A stretch of DNA of 63,867 nt, counting the filler, from an uncultured Methanosarcinales archaeon (lineage in GTDB: Archaea; Nanobdellota; Nanobdellia; Woesearchaeales; CAYXTQ01), in NCBI GenBank assembly GCA_964608065.1. It is 8 parts of 8 records of this genome, joined end to end, with 100 filler letters (N's around TTAATTAATTAA, not from the genome) between each part and the next. Parts side by side here need not be neighbours in the genome. Positions count along the whole stretch, not along the records: positions 17,788 to 26,470 come from CAZSMA010000062.1; positions 26,571 to 35,108 come from CAZSMA010000063.1; 6 more parts are not named here. One strand, 5' to 3'. Position 1 is the first letter of the stretch; each line of letters begins with the position of its first letter. Below, piece after piece: positions 21,215-31,766 of the stretch. The notes below the pieces were generated by a model. That model was not told the DNA's origin, made no database searches, and saw only the letters and a list, made by a program, of their open reading frames with translations. The translations under genes were made by a program, and so were the position numbers.

Positions 21215-21925
21215 ATGAGGGGGAGTAATAATAAAGTACCAAAACACATAGGAATAATTTTAGATGGTAATAGGAGATTTAGCAAAAGATTAATGGTAAA
21301 GCCGTGGAAAGGTCATGAATATGGTGCTAAAAAGATTGAGAAATTATTGGAATGGTGCAAAGAGTTGGGTATTAAGGAATTAACATTATATGCTTTTTCT
21401 ATAGAAAATTTTAACAGACCTAAGAAAGAGTTTGATTATTTAATGAATTTATTTAGGAAAGAATTTTCAAGGTTAAAGGATGATAAAAGGATACATGAGA
21501 ATAAAATAAGGATTAATATTATAGGAAGAATTCATATGTTTCCAAAAATGGTTCAGGAAAGTATGAATGAGGTTATGGAGAAAACTAAGGATTATAAGGA
21601 TTATATTATCAATTTTGCAATGGCTTATGGCGGCAGAACAGAAGTAATAGATGCTGCTAAAAAGATAGCTGAAATGGTTAAGAATGGTAAGTTGAATGTT
21701 GAAGATATTAATGAAGAAGTTTTCTCAAAAAATTTGTATTTTAAAGATGAGCCTGATTTGATTATTAGGACTGGTGGGGAAAAAAGAACTAGTAATTTCT
21801 TAATATATCAAGGAGCTTATGCCGAATGGTTATTTTTAGAGAAAATGTGGCCAGAGTTTGAGAAAGAAGATCTGAAAGAAGCAATAGTTGAGTATGGTAA
21901 AAGAAAGAGAAGGTTTGGTCGTTAA
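21215..21925 (+). CDS. uppS: cis-prenyltransferase (undecaprenyl diphosphate synthase family)
   Basis: HIGIILDGNRR, YAFSIENFNR, DLIIRTGGEKRTSNFL. Confidence 0.95.
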   Translation: MRGSNNKVPKHIGIILDGNRRFSKRLMVKPWKGHEYGAKKIEKLLEWCKELGIKELTLYAFSIENFNRPKKEFDYLMNLFRKEFSRLKDDKRIHENKIRINIIGRIHMFPKMVQESMNEVMEKTKDYKDYIINFAMAYGGRTEVIDAAKKIAEMVKNGKLNVEDINEEVFSKNLYFKDEPDLIIRTGGEKRTSNFLIYQGAYAEWLFLEKMWPEFEKEDLKEAIVEYGKRKRRFGR

Positions 21926-22731
21926 AAATTCTTGATTTTCTCAATAACATCTCTAACAATATAATTTGGAGTTGATGCTCCAGCTGTTATTCCTATGTTG
22001 TTTTTTGATTTAAACCACTGTTTTTTCAGGTCTTTTGTAGTTTCTATATGTTTTGTTGTTGTTAGTGTTGAGCATAGTCTTGCTAATTGTTTAGTATTTG
22101 CTGAGTTATATCCACCTATAACTATCATTAAATCTGAATGTTTAGCTAAGTTAATAGCAGCAATTTGTCTTTCAGCTGTTGCATTGCAGATTGTGTCAGA
22201 TACTTTTACTTCTTTGCTTTTTTTTTTTAAAGCTTTGACTATTTCATTGACTTTAGCTTTAGACTGTGTTGTTTGTGATATAATGGCTATTTTTCTGTAT
22301 TTTTTTAGTTTTTTTAAGTCATTTAAAGATTCAATTACTGTTTTTCTTTTTAGATTTCCTACAATGCCTTTAACTTCTGGATGGTTTTTTTCACCAACAA
22401 CAATAACCTGATATCCTTGTTTTTCTGAGATTTTTGCTATATGCTGTGCTTTTTTTACAAAAGGGCAGGTTGCATCAATAATGTTTTTTTTTTTTAGTTT
22501 TTTTAAAACAGAATCAGGAACACCATGTGCTCTGATGATGACTTTTTTTTGCTTTATTTTGTTTAAAGAAGATACTGCTTTAATTCCGTTTTTTTCTAAA
22601 GCAGCTATAACCTGAGGATTATGTATTAAAGGGCCAATTGTGTTTGCTTTGTCGTTTGTTTTTTTAGCTATGTCTAGTGCTCTTTTTACTCCAAAGCAAA
22701 ATCCATAGTTTTTAGCTAGTCTTATGTTCAT
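21922..22731 (-). CDS. ispH: 4-hydroxy-3-methylbut-2-enyl diphosphate reductase
   Basis: GFCFGVKRA, DATCPFV, DTICNATAERQ, GITAGASTP. Confidence 0.96.
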   Translation of the reverse strand: MNIRLAKNYGFCFGVKRALDIAKKTNDKANTIGPLIHNPQVIAALEKNGIKAVSSLNKIKQKKVIIRAHGVPDSVLKKLKKKNIIDATCPFVKKAQHIAKISEKQGYQVIVVGEKNHPEVKGIVGNLKRKTVIESLNDLKKLKKYRKIAIISQTTQSKAKVNEIVKALKKKSKEVKVSDTICNATAERQIAAINLAKHSDLMIVIGGYNSANTKQLARLCSTLTTTKHIETTKDLKKQWFKSKNNIGITAGASTPNYIVRDVIEKIKNF

Positions 22732-23546
22732 ATTGTGTGTGTTAAGTAAATGTTTTTATATTTATTTTTTAAGTTTTTATACGCTTGTTTTTGCAGATCA
22801 TTATTTTGGAATATTCCGAAAACTGAGGGTCCTGAGCCAGACATCAATGAAGCTAAAGCTTTGTTGTTAATTAAATCTTGTTTTATTTCATTTATTATTG
22901 GATTTTGTTTTATAATATGTTGTTCAAAATCATTAAATAAATGCTTTGCAATATAGTTAATATCAGAGTTATTGATTGCTTCTAAGATGTCTTTTTGATT
23001 TGTTTTTTTATAGGTTTTGAACAAAGAGTATGCGTTTTTTGTTGATATTTGGATTTCTGGTGTTATTAGAATCAATGGAGTATTAGGTATTTTTTTTAGT
23101 TTTAGTAATAATTCACCTTTTCCTTTAACCAAACAAGTATGGCCTGTCAAGCAGAAAGGAACATCAGAACCTATTTCTAAAGCTAAATCTATTAAATCTT
23201 GGAAAGAAAGGTTTAAATTCCATAGTTTGTTTAAAGCATATAATGTTGTTGCAGCATTGCTTGAACCTCCAGCTAATCCTGCCGAGATTGGAATGTTTTT
23301 TTTTATTTTAATTTTGATGCCTTGCTTTACATTGAATCTGTCTTTTAGTAATCTTGCTGTTTTTCCAACAATGTTGTTTTTTTTTATTTCTTTGCAATCT
23401 ACAATAATGTCTTTGTGTTTTTTAAATTTTAAAGTATCATGAAGATCTATTTGATTCATAATAGAAGAAATATTATGATAATTATCTTTACGTTTTTCTA
23501 TAACATTTAATGTTAAGTTTATTTTTGCAAATGATTTTAGCTGCAT
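22728..23546 (-). CDS. ispE: CDP-ME kinase
   Basis: AKINL, IPISAGLAGGSSNAA, GSDVPF, MSGSGP; likely start MQLKSF. Confidence 0.95.
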   Translation of the reverse strand: MQLKSFAKINLTLNVIEKRKDNYHNISSIMNQIDLHDTLKFKKHKDIIVDCKEIKKNNIVGKTARLLKDRFNVKQGIKIKIKKNIPISAGLAGGSSNAATTLYALNKLWNLNLSFQDLIDLALEIGSDVPFCLTGHTCLVKGKGELLLKLKKIPNTPLILITPEIQISTKNAYSLFKTYKKTNQKDILEAINNSDINYIAKHLFNDFEQHIIKQNPIINEIKQDLINNKALASLMSGSGPSVFGIFQNNDLQKQAYKNLKNKYKNIYLTHTI

Positions 23547-24685
23547 TTTATTACACTTACTATAACAAAGCATTGGATTCCTAATCCTTTACCCCAAGGT
23601 GTAAGTTCTTCACCGCTTGTAGTTGTTATTCCTATGTCATTCCCAGTTATTCCCAGGATAGTCTTAAGACTATGTTTTATTTTATCGACTACAGGTTCTA
23701 ATTTTGGAGTTTTGGCTTCAACCATTATTCCGATGTTGTTTATTTTGTAATTTTCTTTTTTTAGAAGCTCTAAAGCTAGTTTTATGTATTGTTTTGAATC
23801 TTTAATACCTAGATTTTTGCATAAATCGTCACAATAGTGGCCAATAGACTTTTTTCCTATTGCATTTGTAATAGCATTGAATAAAGCATGCAGAATAACA
23901 TCACCATCTGAGTTTGCTTCTAGTTTATTTTCATTTTTAAAGAATAATGTTCCTAATGTTAATCCTTTTTTATTAGAGAATTTGTGTGAGTCCTGGCCTA
24001 AGCCGATTCTTGCATTGTTTGAGATAAATTTAAGATTTTCATAATCATTTTGAGTAGTTATTTTGAAGTTTTCTTCTGAGCATTCTACTAATTTAACTTT
24101 ATGGTTTAGTCTTTCAACTAAAGCCACATCATCTGTTGCATAGAAATTATCTGCTTTTGCTTTTTCAAATGCTTTTAATGCTAAATCATATCTTATACAT
24201 TGAGGCGTTTGTATTTGGTATAAATTAGAACGGTCTAATGTTTTTTCTACAAAATTATCTTTTACTTGCTTTATTGTGTCTTTTGCTTTAAAACCTGCAA
24301 CAGAAGCTCCGTGTTTTTTAGCTTGTTTAATGCATTCATTGATTGTTTTTTGTGTAATTAATGGGTTTGCTGCATTATGTATTACTATTATGTCATTAGA
24401 TTTTGCTTTTATTGATTTTATTCCATTATAAACAGAATCTTGTCTTTTTTCTCCTCCAATAACTATTTTCTTTATTTTTTTTAAGTTGAATTGTTTTAAT
24501 AGATTATTTAGAATGTGTGCGTTTTCTTCACTTGTTACTATGGTTATTGTATCAATATCAGAATCTTCAAATTGTTTTAAAGTATGGTATATTATGGGTT
24601 TATTGATTATGTTTAAGAATATCTTGTTTAATGATTTATTCATTCTTGTGCTTTTTCCAGCACCAACTATAATAGCATGGTTCAT
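23537..24685 (-). CDS. ispDF: Bifunctional IspD/IspF
   Basis: GAGKSTRM, GGEKRQDSV, QTPQ, KITT (IspD); RIGLGQDSH, SDGDVILHA, TTSGEEL (IspF). Confidence 0.93.
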   Translation of the reverse strand: MNHAIIVGAGKSTRMNKSLNKIFLNIINKPIIYHTLKQFEDSDIDTITIVTSEENAHILNNLLKQFNLKKIKKIVIGGEKRQDSVYNGIKSIKAKSNDIIVIHNAANPLITQKTINECIKQAKKHGASVAGFKAKDTIKQVKDNFVEKTLDRSNLYQIQTPQCIRYDLALKAFEKAKADNFYATDDVALVERLNHKVKLVECSEENFKITTQNDYENLKFISNNARIGLGQDSHKFSNKKGLTLGTLFFKNENKLEANSDGDVILHALFNAITNAIGKKSIGHYCDDLCKNLGIKDSKQYIKLALELLKKENYKINNIGIMVEAKTPKLEPVVDKIKHSLKTILGITGNDIGITTTSGEELTPWGKGLGIQCFVIVSVIKCS

Positions 24686-24810
24686 GGATTAACCCCCTAG
24701 AAGCTGATAATAAATTGGGTTTTATAATGGTTGTGGTTTAGTTATTACTTTCGTAGAATATAAATGTTTAAATATTATTTATTGAATTGGTAGATATAAG
24801 GTGGTGTATA

Positions 24811-25353
24811 ATGAAAATATTTGGGAGTGGTAAAGCAAAATATAAAGATGAAGGTTTGTATTCCCTAATCCAACCTGTAATTGAAGCTAACTTTAAAACT
24901 TACGGGGAACCCCCGGGTACAAATATTTATAGAAAAGAGATGAGGAAACTTAGGAAAGGTGAGCCACAGAAAATATTACAGGAATATCCTCTTGCTAGAC
25001 AAATAGTGTGGGCGTTATTGAGTGAGGAACGCTGGGTTAGAGTATTATGTGAGAAATGGGCTTTTGAAAAAGAATCAGTTTTTTTTGATGGGGTTAAAAA
25101 AGAAACACTTGAAAATACTTTAGATGCTCTCCGAAAAGGTGGTTTATTAGATATGGTAGGTGATTGTTTTAGTAGTTCATATTGTTTTGCAAGTGAATTA
25201 ATTACTGAAATGAGCAAAGGTACTTTTTGGAACCCTCCATCTGTAAAAGGGTTTGAATATAGAGTCAACGAGGAGTTGAGAGAAGCATTAATAAAATTTT
25301 TACAACCATATGAATCAGAAAAACGCCAGTATCAACTTCCTAAGAAGTCTTGA
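24811..25353 (+). CDS. Hypothetical protein lying antisense between dxr and ispDF
   Basis: ORF with own TATA box and GGTGG RBS. Confidence 0.65.
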   Translation: MKIFGSGKAKYKDEGLYSLIQPVIEANFKTYGEPPGTNIYRKEMRKLRKGEPQKILQEYPLARQIVWALLSEERWVRVLCEKWAFEKESVFFDGVKKETLENTLDALRKGGLLDMVGDCFSSSYCFASELITEMSKGTFWNPPSVKGFEYRVNEELREALIKFLQPYESEKRQYQLPKKS

Positions 25354-26470
25354 TTATTTCTTCACTTTTTTTTCTAGCCCATTTATCAGCTTCTAGAATT
25401 TCATCTATATCTGGGTTTTTGATTAAGGAATGGGAATCCATAACTGATTTGATTGTTTCTGGAATTTTTAAGAAAGGTATTTTATCCTGTAAAAAAGCAT
25501 TAACTGCTATTTCATTAGCTGCATTCATAACAGAAGGAAGTGTTCCTCCAATAGTTCCTGCATCATAAGCGTATTGTAAACATGGGAATAGTTCTAGATT
25601 TGGTTGTTTGAATGTTAATTCCTTAGCTTTTACTAAATCTAAGGTTGTCAAAGTGTCATTAGGTAAGCGTTTTGGATATGTTAAAGCATATTGTATAGGA
25701 ATTTTCATAGAAGGGATTCCTAATTGAGCTATAATTGACTTATCTTTGAATTCAACTAAAGAATGGATTATAGATTGTGGATGGATAACAACTTCAATTT
25801 TATTATAAGGCATGTTGTAAAGCCAGTGTGCTTCAATAACTTCAAAGCCTTTGTTCATTAAAGTTGCACAGTCAATGGTAATTTTAGCACCCATATCCCA
25901 AGTTGGGTGTTTTAGAGCGTCTTTTGCTTTAACTGTTTTCATTTGCTCTAAATTAAGGTTTTTGAAAGCTCCGCCTGAGCATGTTATTATTATTTTGTTT
26001 ACTTCTTTTTGATTTTCTCCATTTAGGCATTGGAATATAGCAGAATGTTCAGAATCTATAGGCATTAATGAAATTCCTTGTTTTTTTACTTGTTCCATTA
26101 CAATAGAGCCAGCAGTTACCAAAGTTTCTTTGTTAGCTAAAGCTATGTTTTTTTTGTGTTTTATAGCTTCTAAAGTAGGTAGAACACCGATAGAGCCAAC
26201 AAGAGAGTTAATTACAGTATCAGTTTCATTCAAACAAGCTATTTTTTTTATCCCTTCCAACCCAGAATATACTTCAATATCAACTTTAGATTTAAGTTCA
26301 TCTGCTTTTTCATTATCCATAACTGCAACTGCTATTGGATTGAATTCTTTAATTTGTTTTTCAAAGATTTCAATATTTTTATTGCAAGTTAATCCAATTA
26401 GTTTGAATTCATTAGGAAACTTCTTGATTATTTCTAAAGATTGCTGGCCAATAGAGCCTGTTGAGCCTAA
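25340..26470 (-). CDS. dxr: 1-deoxy-D-xylulose 5-phosphate reductoisomerase; first residues lost at contig end
   Basis: LGSTGSIG at contig edge; LANKETLV, PIDSEHSA, HPTWDMGAKITID, NAANE. Confidence 0.96.
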   Translation of the reverse strand, partial: LGSTGSIGQQSLEIIKKFPNEFKLIGLTCNKNIEIFEKQIKEFNPIAVAVMDNEKADELKSKVDIEVYSGLEGIKKIACLNETDTVINSLVGSIGVLPTLEAIKHKKNIALANKETLVTAGSIVMEQVKKQGISLMPIDSEHSAIFQCLNGENQKEVNKIIITCSGGAFKNLNLEQMKTVKAKDALKHPTWDMGAKITIDCATLMNKGFEVIEAHWLYNMPYNKIEVVIHPQSIIHSLVEFKDKSIIAQLGIPSMKIPIQYALTYPKRLPNDTLTTLDLVKAKELTFKQPNLELFPCLQYAYDAGTIGGTLPSVMNAANEIAVNAFLQDKIPFLKIPETIKSVMDSHSLIKNPDIDEILEADKWARKKSEEIIKTS

Positions 26471-26668
26471 NNNNNNNNNNNNNNNNNNNNNNNNNNNNNN
26501 NNNNNNNNNNNNNNTTAATTAATTAANNNNNNNNNNNNNNNNNNNNNNNNNNNNNNNNNNNNNNNNNNNNACATACATAATTAAAAAACACAATAGGATT
26601 TATAGTTTACTTTTGTCGTTAACTATAACTTGCAAACATTTAAATATATCTTTAGTGTAAGAGGATAG

Positions 26669-27937
26669 ATGAATATATTAGACCTTTTTGCTTCAGTTAC
26701 CAAGTTTGATACTGCAACTCTATTCAAGATTATTTTGACTGGTTATATCTTCTTATTTATCTACACAAAAGAAAAAACAAACAAAATTTGGGATGAGTTA
26801 GATGCATTTGGCAAGTTTGTAATTTCGTTCCTCTTTGGATTTATAATTTTTATAATTGTAGAAATCTCCTTTTATCCCTTATCTAATATTTTAAAATTTA
26901 CTGAAGTATATACTAAAATCCAGTCCATTTCATTCATTATATATCCTTTTTTAGCAATTTTGTTAGCATATACTTTTGTACAAGATCATAGAAAAAAAGA
27001 TATTAGAACTGGTTTGTTTATTATAATTGCCTTATTTTCAATTAATATTTCCTCTTTAATTATTGGATTGTATAAAATGAATAGCCAAGCTTTTTATTAT
27101 TCACCATATATGCATTATATAGGTTGGGATTTTTCAATTATTTTGCCTATAATTTTTATATTATCCTTGCCATTGATTTTAGGTGCAATGCTTATTTTAT
27201 TTACAACTAAAATGAAACAAATAAGAGATAATGAAGTATTTTTATTGGGTTATAGAAGTTTTATCGGCAAATTCAGATTTAAATATTTTAAGAAGTACAT
27301 TTTTCTTTTCTTTATTATTTTAATTTTCTTAATTCTCTTAAATTGGAGGCTCTTTCCTTCATTTGGACAAAACTATACTGGGAATTTATCCTGCGAATTA
27401 ATGGCTGTAGGCGGTCCATTAAATTTAATAAATGAAAATGTAGAATGCTCTTATCTCTTTGAAGGACAGTTCAATATTAGAGAATCCCATAGCCCTTGGT
27501 TCATTTTAGATATAAATGAACCGCAAAATCCTACAAATGAGCTTAAGATTGGTTCTCTTTTAATCAAACCAATAGCTCTTCCTTTTTCTAGTATTATTCT
27601 CTTTAATATTAGTAATCTACAGGGCGGGACATATAATTACTCTTATACAAAATCACAGAATGCTTATTTTACGATAGAATGTAAAAATTATTTAGAAAAT
27701 GACTTTTATTCTATTCATTCTTATTTGATAAATTCAGATAAACCAATAGGCTACTTAAGTATACGATTTGCACCTGATATAATTATTAATAGTACTTGTC
27801 TATCGGTAGATAATACAAAAGAATTGTGGGTAGAAAAGTATAAAAATAATGACTTATATCTTATATATGATAAACCAGAACAGGCAAAAACTAGTTTTAT
27901 TCTAGAGTATACAATTCGTAATTCTTGCAAAAAATGA
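26669..27937 (+). CDS. Multi-pass membrane protein
   Basis: About 6 hydrophobic segments plus C-terminal soluble domain. Confidence 0.75.
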   Translation: MNILDLFASVTKFDTATLFKIILTGYIFLFIYTKEKTNKIWDELDAFGKFVISFLFGFIIFIIVEISFYPLSNILKFTEVYTKIQSISFIIYPFLAILLAYTFVQDHRKKDIRTGLFIIIALFSINISSLIIGLYKMNSQAFYYSPYMHYIGWDFSIILPIIFILSLPLILGAMLILFTTKMKQIRDNEVFLLGYRSFIGKFRFKYFKKYIFLFFIILIFLILLNWRLFPSFGQNYTGNLSCELMAVGGPLNLINENVECSYLFEGQFNIRESHSPWFILDINEPQNPTNELKIGSLLIKPIALPFSSIILFNISNLQGGTYNYSYTKSQNAYFTIECKNYLENDFYSIHSYLINSDKPIGYLSIRFAPDIIINSTCLSVDNTKELWVEKYKNNDLYLIYDKPEQAKTSFILEYTIRNSCKK

Positions 27938-27948
27938 TAAATAGGCTC

Positions 27949-28218
27949 TTAAATTTGTTCTATTTTTTTTACATACTTCAGAATTTCATTGCCGTTTTTT
28001 GTTCGTTTATATATTCTCCCGCGTTTATCCTTATCGTTAAGGCATATTATTAATCCTTTCTTTTCAAGTTCTCTTATGATTTTGCTTGCGTGAGTAATAC
28101 TCATTTGCAGTTTTTTAGCGATATGGCTGGGAGTAAGAGGTATGTATAATCTAGTAAGGACTGTTATTCTATTTTCACTTCTAATAATCCATCCAGCTGT
28201 ATTCCAATTAACTGTCAT
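27949..28218 (-). CDS. Winged-helix transcription regulator
   Basis: LTPSHIAKKL..HASKIIRELEKKGLI..RGRIY. Confidence 0.85.
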   Translation of the reverse strand: MTVNWNTAGWIIRSENRITVLTRLYIPLTPSHIAKKLQMSITHASKIIRELEKKGLIICLNDKDKRGRIYKRTKNGNEILKYVKKIEQI

Positions 28219-28356
28219 AGTACTTAATAGCCTATGCTCATTTCTATATGTAGTGACATAATAGTCAACTAATTGGGAGAAAATTGCAACCCCCTATGTA
28301 ATTATGAAATAAAATACGAAAGATTTAAATATTGGCTAAACTTTTTCAAGAGAGAT

Positions 28357-28872
28357 ATGGGTAAGTCCAAAGACGAACAAATAAAATTAACACGCAATGA
28401 AAGGAAATTTTTTGCATTTATACTAAAAGAAGGCAATATGCCTGATGTGGAAATAGCAAGGAAGACACATATGAGCAAATCTACATGTTCCCGTATAAGA
28501 AATAAGCTTGAAAGAACACTTATCTCGGAGTATGTGCCAGTTGTTTCCTTGCACAAAGTTGGAATAAATGTGTTCCTTGTTTTGACGTTTCAGTGGGATG
28601 CATTTGATAATAAAGAATTAACAAAGAGGACATTTTTAAAGTTAGAGGGTGATCCGCGTGTAATTTTCTTGGCAAATGGGGAAGGCTCTATAGCAAATAC
28701 AGTTATGTTTGTGGGATTGCATGATATTGAAAGATTTCATGCGTATCTAAAAGAATTTAGGGAAACTTATGGAAAATATGTAATTAATATTAATACTCTC
28801 TTACTTCCTTCAAAAGAAGTCATAAAAAATGATTTTACAGAAGTAATTAGAGATGCAATCGGAGGAAAATAA
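28357..28872 (+). CDS. Lrp/AsnC-like regulator
   Basis: HTH DVEIARKTHMSKSTCSRIRNKLE; CGAAAGA-TTTAAATA promoter supports start at 28357. Confidence 0.8.
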   Translation: MGKSKDEQIKLTRNERKFFAFILKEGNMPDVEIARKTHMSKSTCSRIRNKLERTLISEYVPVVSLHKVGINVFLVLTFQWDAFDNKELTKRTFLKLEGDPRVIFLANGEGSIANTVMFVGLHDIERFHAYLKEFRETYGKYVININTLLLPSKEVIKNDFTEVIRDAIGGK

Positions 28873-28873
28873 A

Positions 28874-30931
28874 ATGAATAATATAAATAAGACTTTATTA
28901 CTCTTATTAGCTATATTTCTTATGGTAATAGAAGTAAGCGCAACCGTATGTGATGATACTGCGGCACCAATTTGGTCTGTTGGGAATATTAGAATTTCAA
29001 ATTCTGAAGTAAGCGCTGGTGGAATAGTGTCTATAACTATACCAATAACAAATAATGCCGAAAATACAGATTATTCTTGTCATATTGTACCTTGTAGTGG
29101 CTCTACATGTTATTGTAGCGATACTTGTCCATGGTTAGCAGAGCCTATTGTTGTATCAGTAGAACATGGAATGACAAGAGATTTAACTACATCATTTAAT
29201 GCTCCATCATATGATACTAATTCGCAGAAAACAGAAGTGATTGCAGTTTGGGTTGCTTGTTATGGGTATTGGGATAGAATATGGCCCCTTTGTGATTATT
29301 ATGTTGAAGGTGAACAAACAAAGACAACTAGTTATAAATGGCCTACGTCTGTTGAGATTTCGGAGAAGCAAGCGAAAACACAAGCAGATTCAGCAAAAAC
29401 ATCTGTTCAAAATGCAATAAACACTGCAAATTCTGCTATTAATGAAGCACAAGCTAAAATAACCGAAGCTTCACAAATAGGAGCGGATGTAAGTTCCGCT
29501 ACTTCTTCTTTAAATTCTGCTCAAGCAGACTATACTAGTGCAAATAATCTTCTCTCCTCAGGAAACTCAGCATATACGAGTAAGGATTATTCCAGTGCCA
29601 AATCTTCTTACACTCAAGCAACAACAAAAGCAGACTCTGCACAGGATAAAGCAGCAAATGCAAAAAGTGCAGTTGATAAAATAATTGAAGATTATAATAA
29701 AAAGAAAACAGAAGCGCAAAATAAAGTTTCTGATGCAAATTCGGCAATGGATACTGCTAAACAAAGAATAGGAGCTGCAGACAAGGTTATATCTGAGGCA
29801 ACTGTGCTTGGGATGGATACAGCCCAGGCTAAAGCAGATGTGGCAACAGCCAGATCAAAAATAGATACTGCTGAGGATTATTATAAGGAAGCATCAAATA
29901 TGTTCTCTACCAATAATTTTGAAAGTGCTAAGAGTAAAGCAGAATCAGCTATTAGCCTAGCAGATGAAGCTGAGACTTTAGCTACTGGTGCTTATAATAA
30001 ATTAAATGAGAGATTAACTATCGCTGGTGAATCAAGTAAAGCAATACTTAATGCAAATACCGAAGTCAGCCAGATGAATGAAATAATGACAAAAATGGAC
30101 TATATTGTAAGAAATACAGAAAAATGGGGGGTTGATTTGGCTGAAACTAAGACAGTTATTGCTACAGCAAATATAAATGTTGATTCTGCTGAGGATTTAT
30201 TGTCGCAGGCAAAGAATAGACAGGCATCAGGTTCATTTGACGATGCTGCTGATTATGGTAATCAAGCAAGAGATAAAGCTGCTACTTCGAGAAATAGGTT
30301 GGATACTATGGCTCATACTATTTTGTTAAGTACGCAGGATGCTCTTGATAAAGCATATAATCAGCTTCAAACAAAAATAGCCGAAGCAGAATCTGAAGTT
30401 CAGTCAGCCCAAAATACTTATGGTTCATCACCTGAATATATTGTAGATGCGCAAAATGATTTATCTAATGCAAAGAATTCATTAGAACAGGCTAAACGAG
30501 AGATAGAAATAGTTAATTCTGCTTCTGAACTAGTGCCTCTGCTACAAAATGCAGAGCAAGCTTTTAAAACGATAGAAACAACGGAACAAAAAATAGATAG
30601 TTCAATCCGAAATGCTAAGAGTGCAAAATCAGGTTTAACTAAAAAAATAGCAATTGGTGCTGCAATTGCTGCAGCTACAGGTGGTGGTGGATTCTTGTAT
30701 TATAGGAGAAGGAAAAAGAAAGGCAAAAAAGAAAGTCATAAGGAAAAAGAAGAAAAGAAATCTAAAAAGGAAGAAGAGACAAAGAAAGAGGTTAAAGAAA
30801 AAGAAGTAAAAAAAGAAAAGAAATCTAAAAAGGAAGAAGAGAAACCACTAAAAAATTGTCTTAAATGTAATGCTAAACTTAAGAAAGGTCAGAAATTCTG
30901 TAATGAATGTGGAGAAAAGTTAGGGAGATAA
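28874..30931 (+). CDS. Membrane-anchored Ala-rich coiled-coil surface protein with C-terminal zinc ribbon
   Basis: Signal peptide, Cys-rich head, long helical repeats, TM, CLKC..CNECG; GGAGG RBS. Confidence 0.85.
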   Translation: MNNINKTLLLLLAIFLMVIEVSATVCDDTAAPIWSVGNIRISNSEVSAGGIVSITIPITNNAENTDYSCHIVPCSGSTCYCSDTCPWLAEPIVVSVEHGMTRDLTTSFNAPSYDTNSQKTEVIAVWVACYGYWDRIWPLCDYYVEGEQTKTTSYKWPTSVEISEKQAKTQADSAKTSVQNAINTANSAINEAQAKITEASQIGADVSSATSSLNSAQADYTSANNLLSSGNSAYTSKDYSSAKSSYTQATTKADSAQDKAANAKSAVDKIIEDYNKKKTEAQNKVSDANSAMDTAKQRIGAADKVISEATVLGMDTAQAKADVATARSKIDTAEDYYKEASNMFSTNNFESAKSKAESAISLADEAETLATGAYNKLNERLTIAGESSKAILNANTEVSQMNEIMTKMDYIVRNTEKWGVDLAETKTVIATANINVDSAEDLLSQAKNRQASGSFDDAADYGNQARDKAATSRNRLDTMAHTILLSTQDALDKAYNQLQTKIAEAESEVQSAQNTYGSSPEYIVDAQNDLSNAKNSLEQAKREIEIVNSASELVPLLQNAEQAFKTIETTEQKIDSSIRNAKSAKSGLTKKIAIGAAIAAATGGGGFLYYRRRKKKGKKESHKEKEEKKSKKEEETKKEVKEKEVKKEKKSKKEEEKPLKNCLKCNAKLKKGQKFCNECGEKLGR

Positions 30932-30934
30932 ATA

Positions 30935-31198
30935 ATGGAACCAAAAACAACATATAATTCCTGTAAACCTGACACATTTGAAAAGTGTTTAAATGTATGT
31001 AAAAATACTGGAGAATCTATAAAAAATTGTGGAGGTTTATGCTTAGAAGGAACTAAAAATCTGTGCGGAAATAAAACTAAAATAATTTTAAATAAAAATC
31101 AATTCTCCGCTGAAACAGAAAATAGTAAAAAAGGATGGGTTTTAATTTTAATTAGTTTTATTATTATTTTATCTTTTATATGGAGGTTCTTATCTTAG
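30935..31198 (+). CDS. Small Cys-rich membrane protein
   Basis: CxxxC repeats and C-terminal TM. Confidence 0.65.
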   Translation: MEPKTTYNSCKPDTFEKCLNVCKNTGESIKNCGGLCLEGTKNLCGNKTKIILNKNQFSAETENSKKGWVLILISFIIILSFIWRFLS

Positions 31199-31199
31199 A

Positions 31200-31766
31200 A
31201 TGTTATACCTAACTTTAATTACGTTTGGAGTATTTGTATTATTTTGGGCAGGAGACTTGTATCTTACTTTAAAAACAGTAAAACATTTAGGAAGACATAT
31301 AGAAATAAATCCAATTATTAAATTTGTTTTAAGAGGGCGAGGAAAGTTTATTTATTTATTCAAGCCCATTGAATTGATAGCCTTTTTATATTTAATTTGG
31401 TTTTTAAACAGATTTGAAGGAGTTATTCCTTTCTATATTTTATTAGTTTTTATTTTATTTTATGCTTTATTAGTTGTTAATAATGCTCACGTTTTTTATA
31501 AAGTAACAAAAAAAGAATCTAGAGCCTTTAAGATTATTTTTGTTGGATTAACTATAGCAATGTTATTTTTTATTTATCTTAACTATTTATTATATTTAGA
31601 CCTTGGAGTATCTTATGGTGCCTTATATGAATCAAATGAGAAGTATAATGAATTATTTTGGCAGTGTGAGGAAAAAAATATTTCTATTACTACACCCGAA
31701 CCACAGGATTTCAAAATAAAATTTCCAGAACTTAATCTACCAATTAGAAGGAGTGGTTTAGAATGA
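31200..31766 (+). CDS. Membrane protein (DUF5658-like)
   Basis: DLYLT..EINPI..NN motif pattern. Confidence 0.65.
   Translation: MLYLTLITFGVFVLFWAGDLYLTLKTVKHLGRHIEINPIIKFVLRGRGKFIYLFKPIELIAFLYLIWFLNRFEGVIPFYILLVFILFYALLVVNNAHVFYKVTKKESRAFKIIFVGLTIAMLFFIYLNYLLYLDLGVSYGALYESNEKYNELFWQCEEKNISITTPEPQDFKIKFPELNLPIRRSGLE

Noticed and set aside
30750..30842. ~30-bp direct repeat in a K/E-rich tail (also GKEY repeat near 20690)
   Set aside because: Ordinary slippage duplication in low-complexity coding sequence
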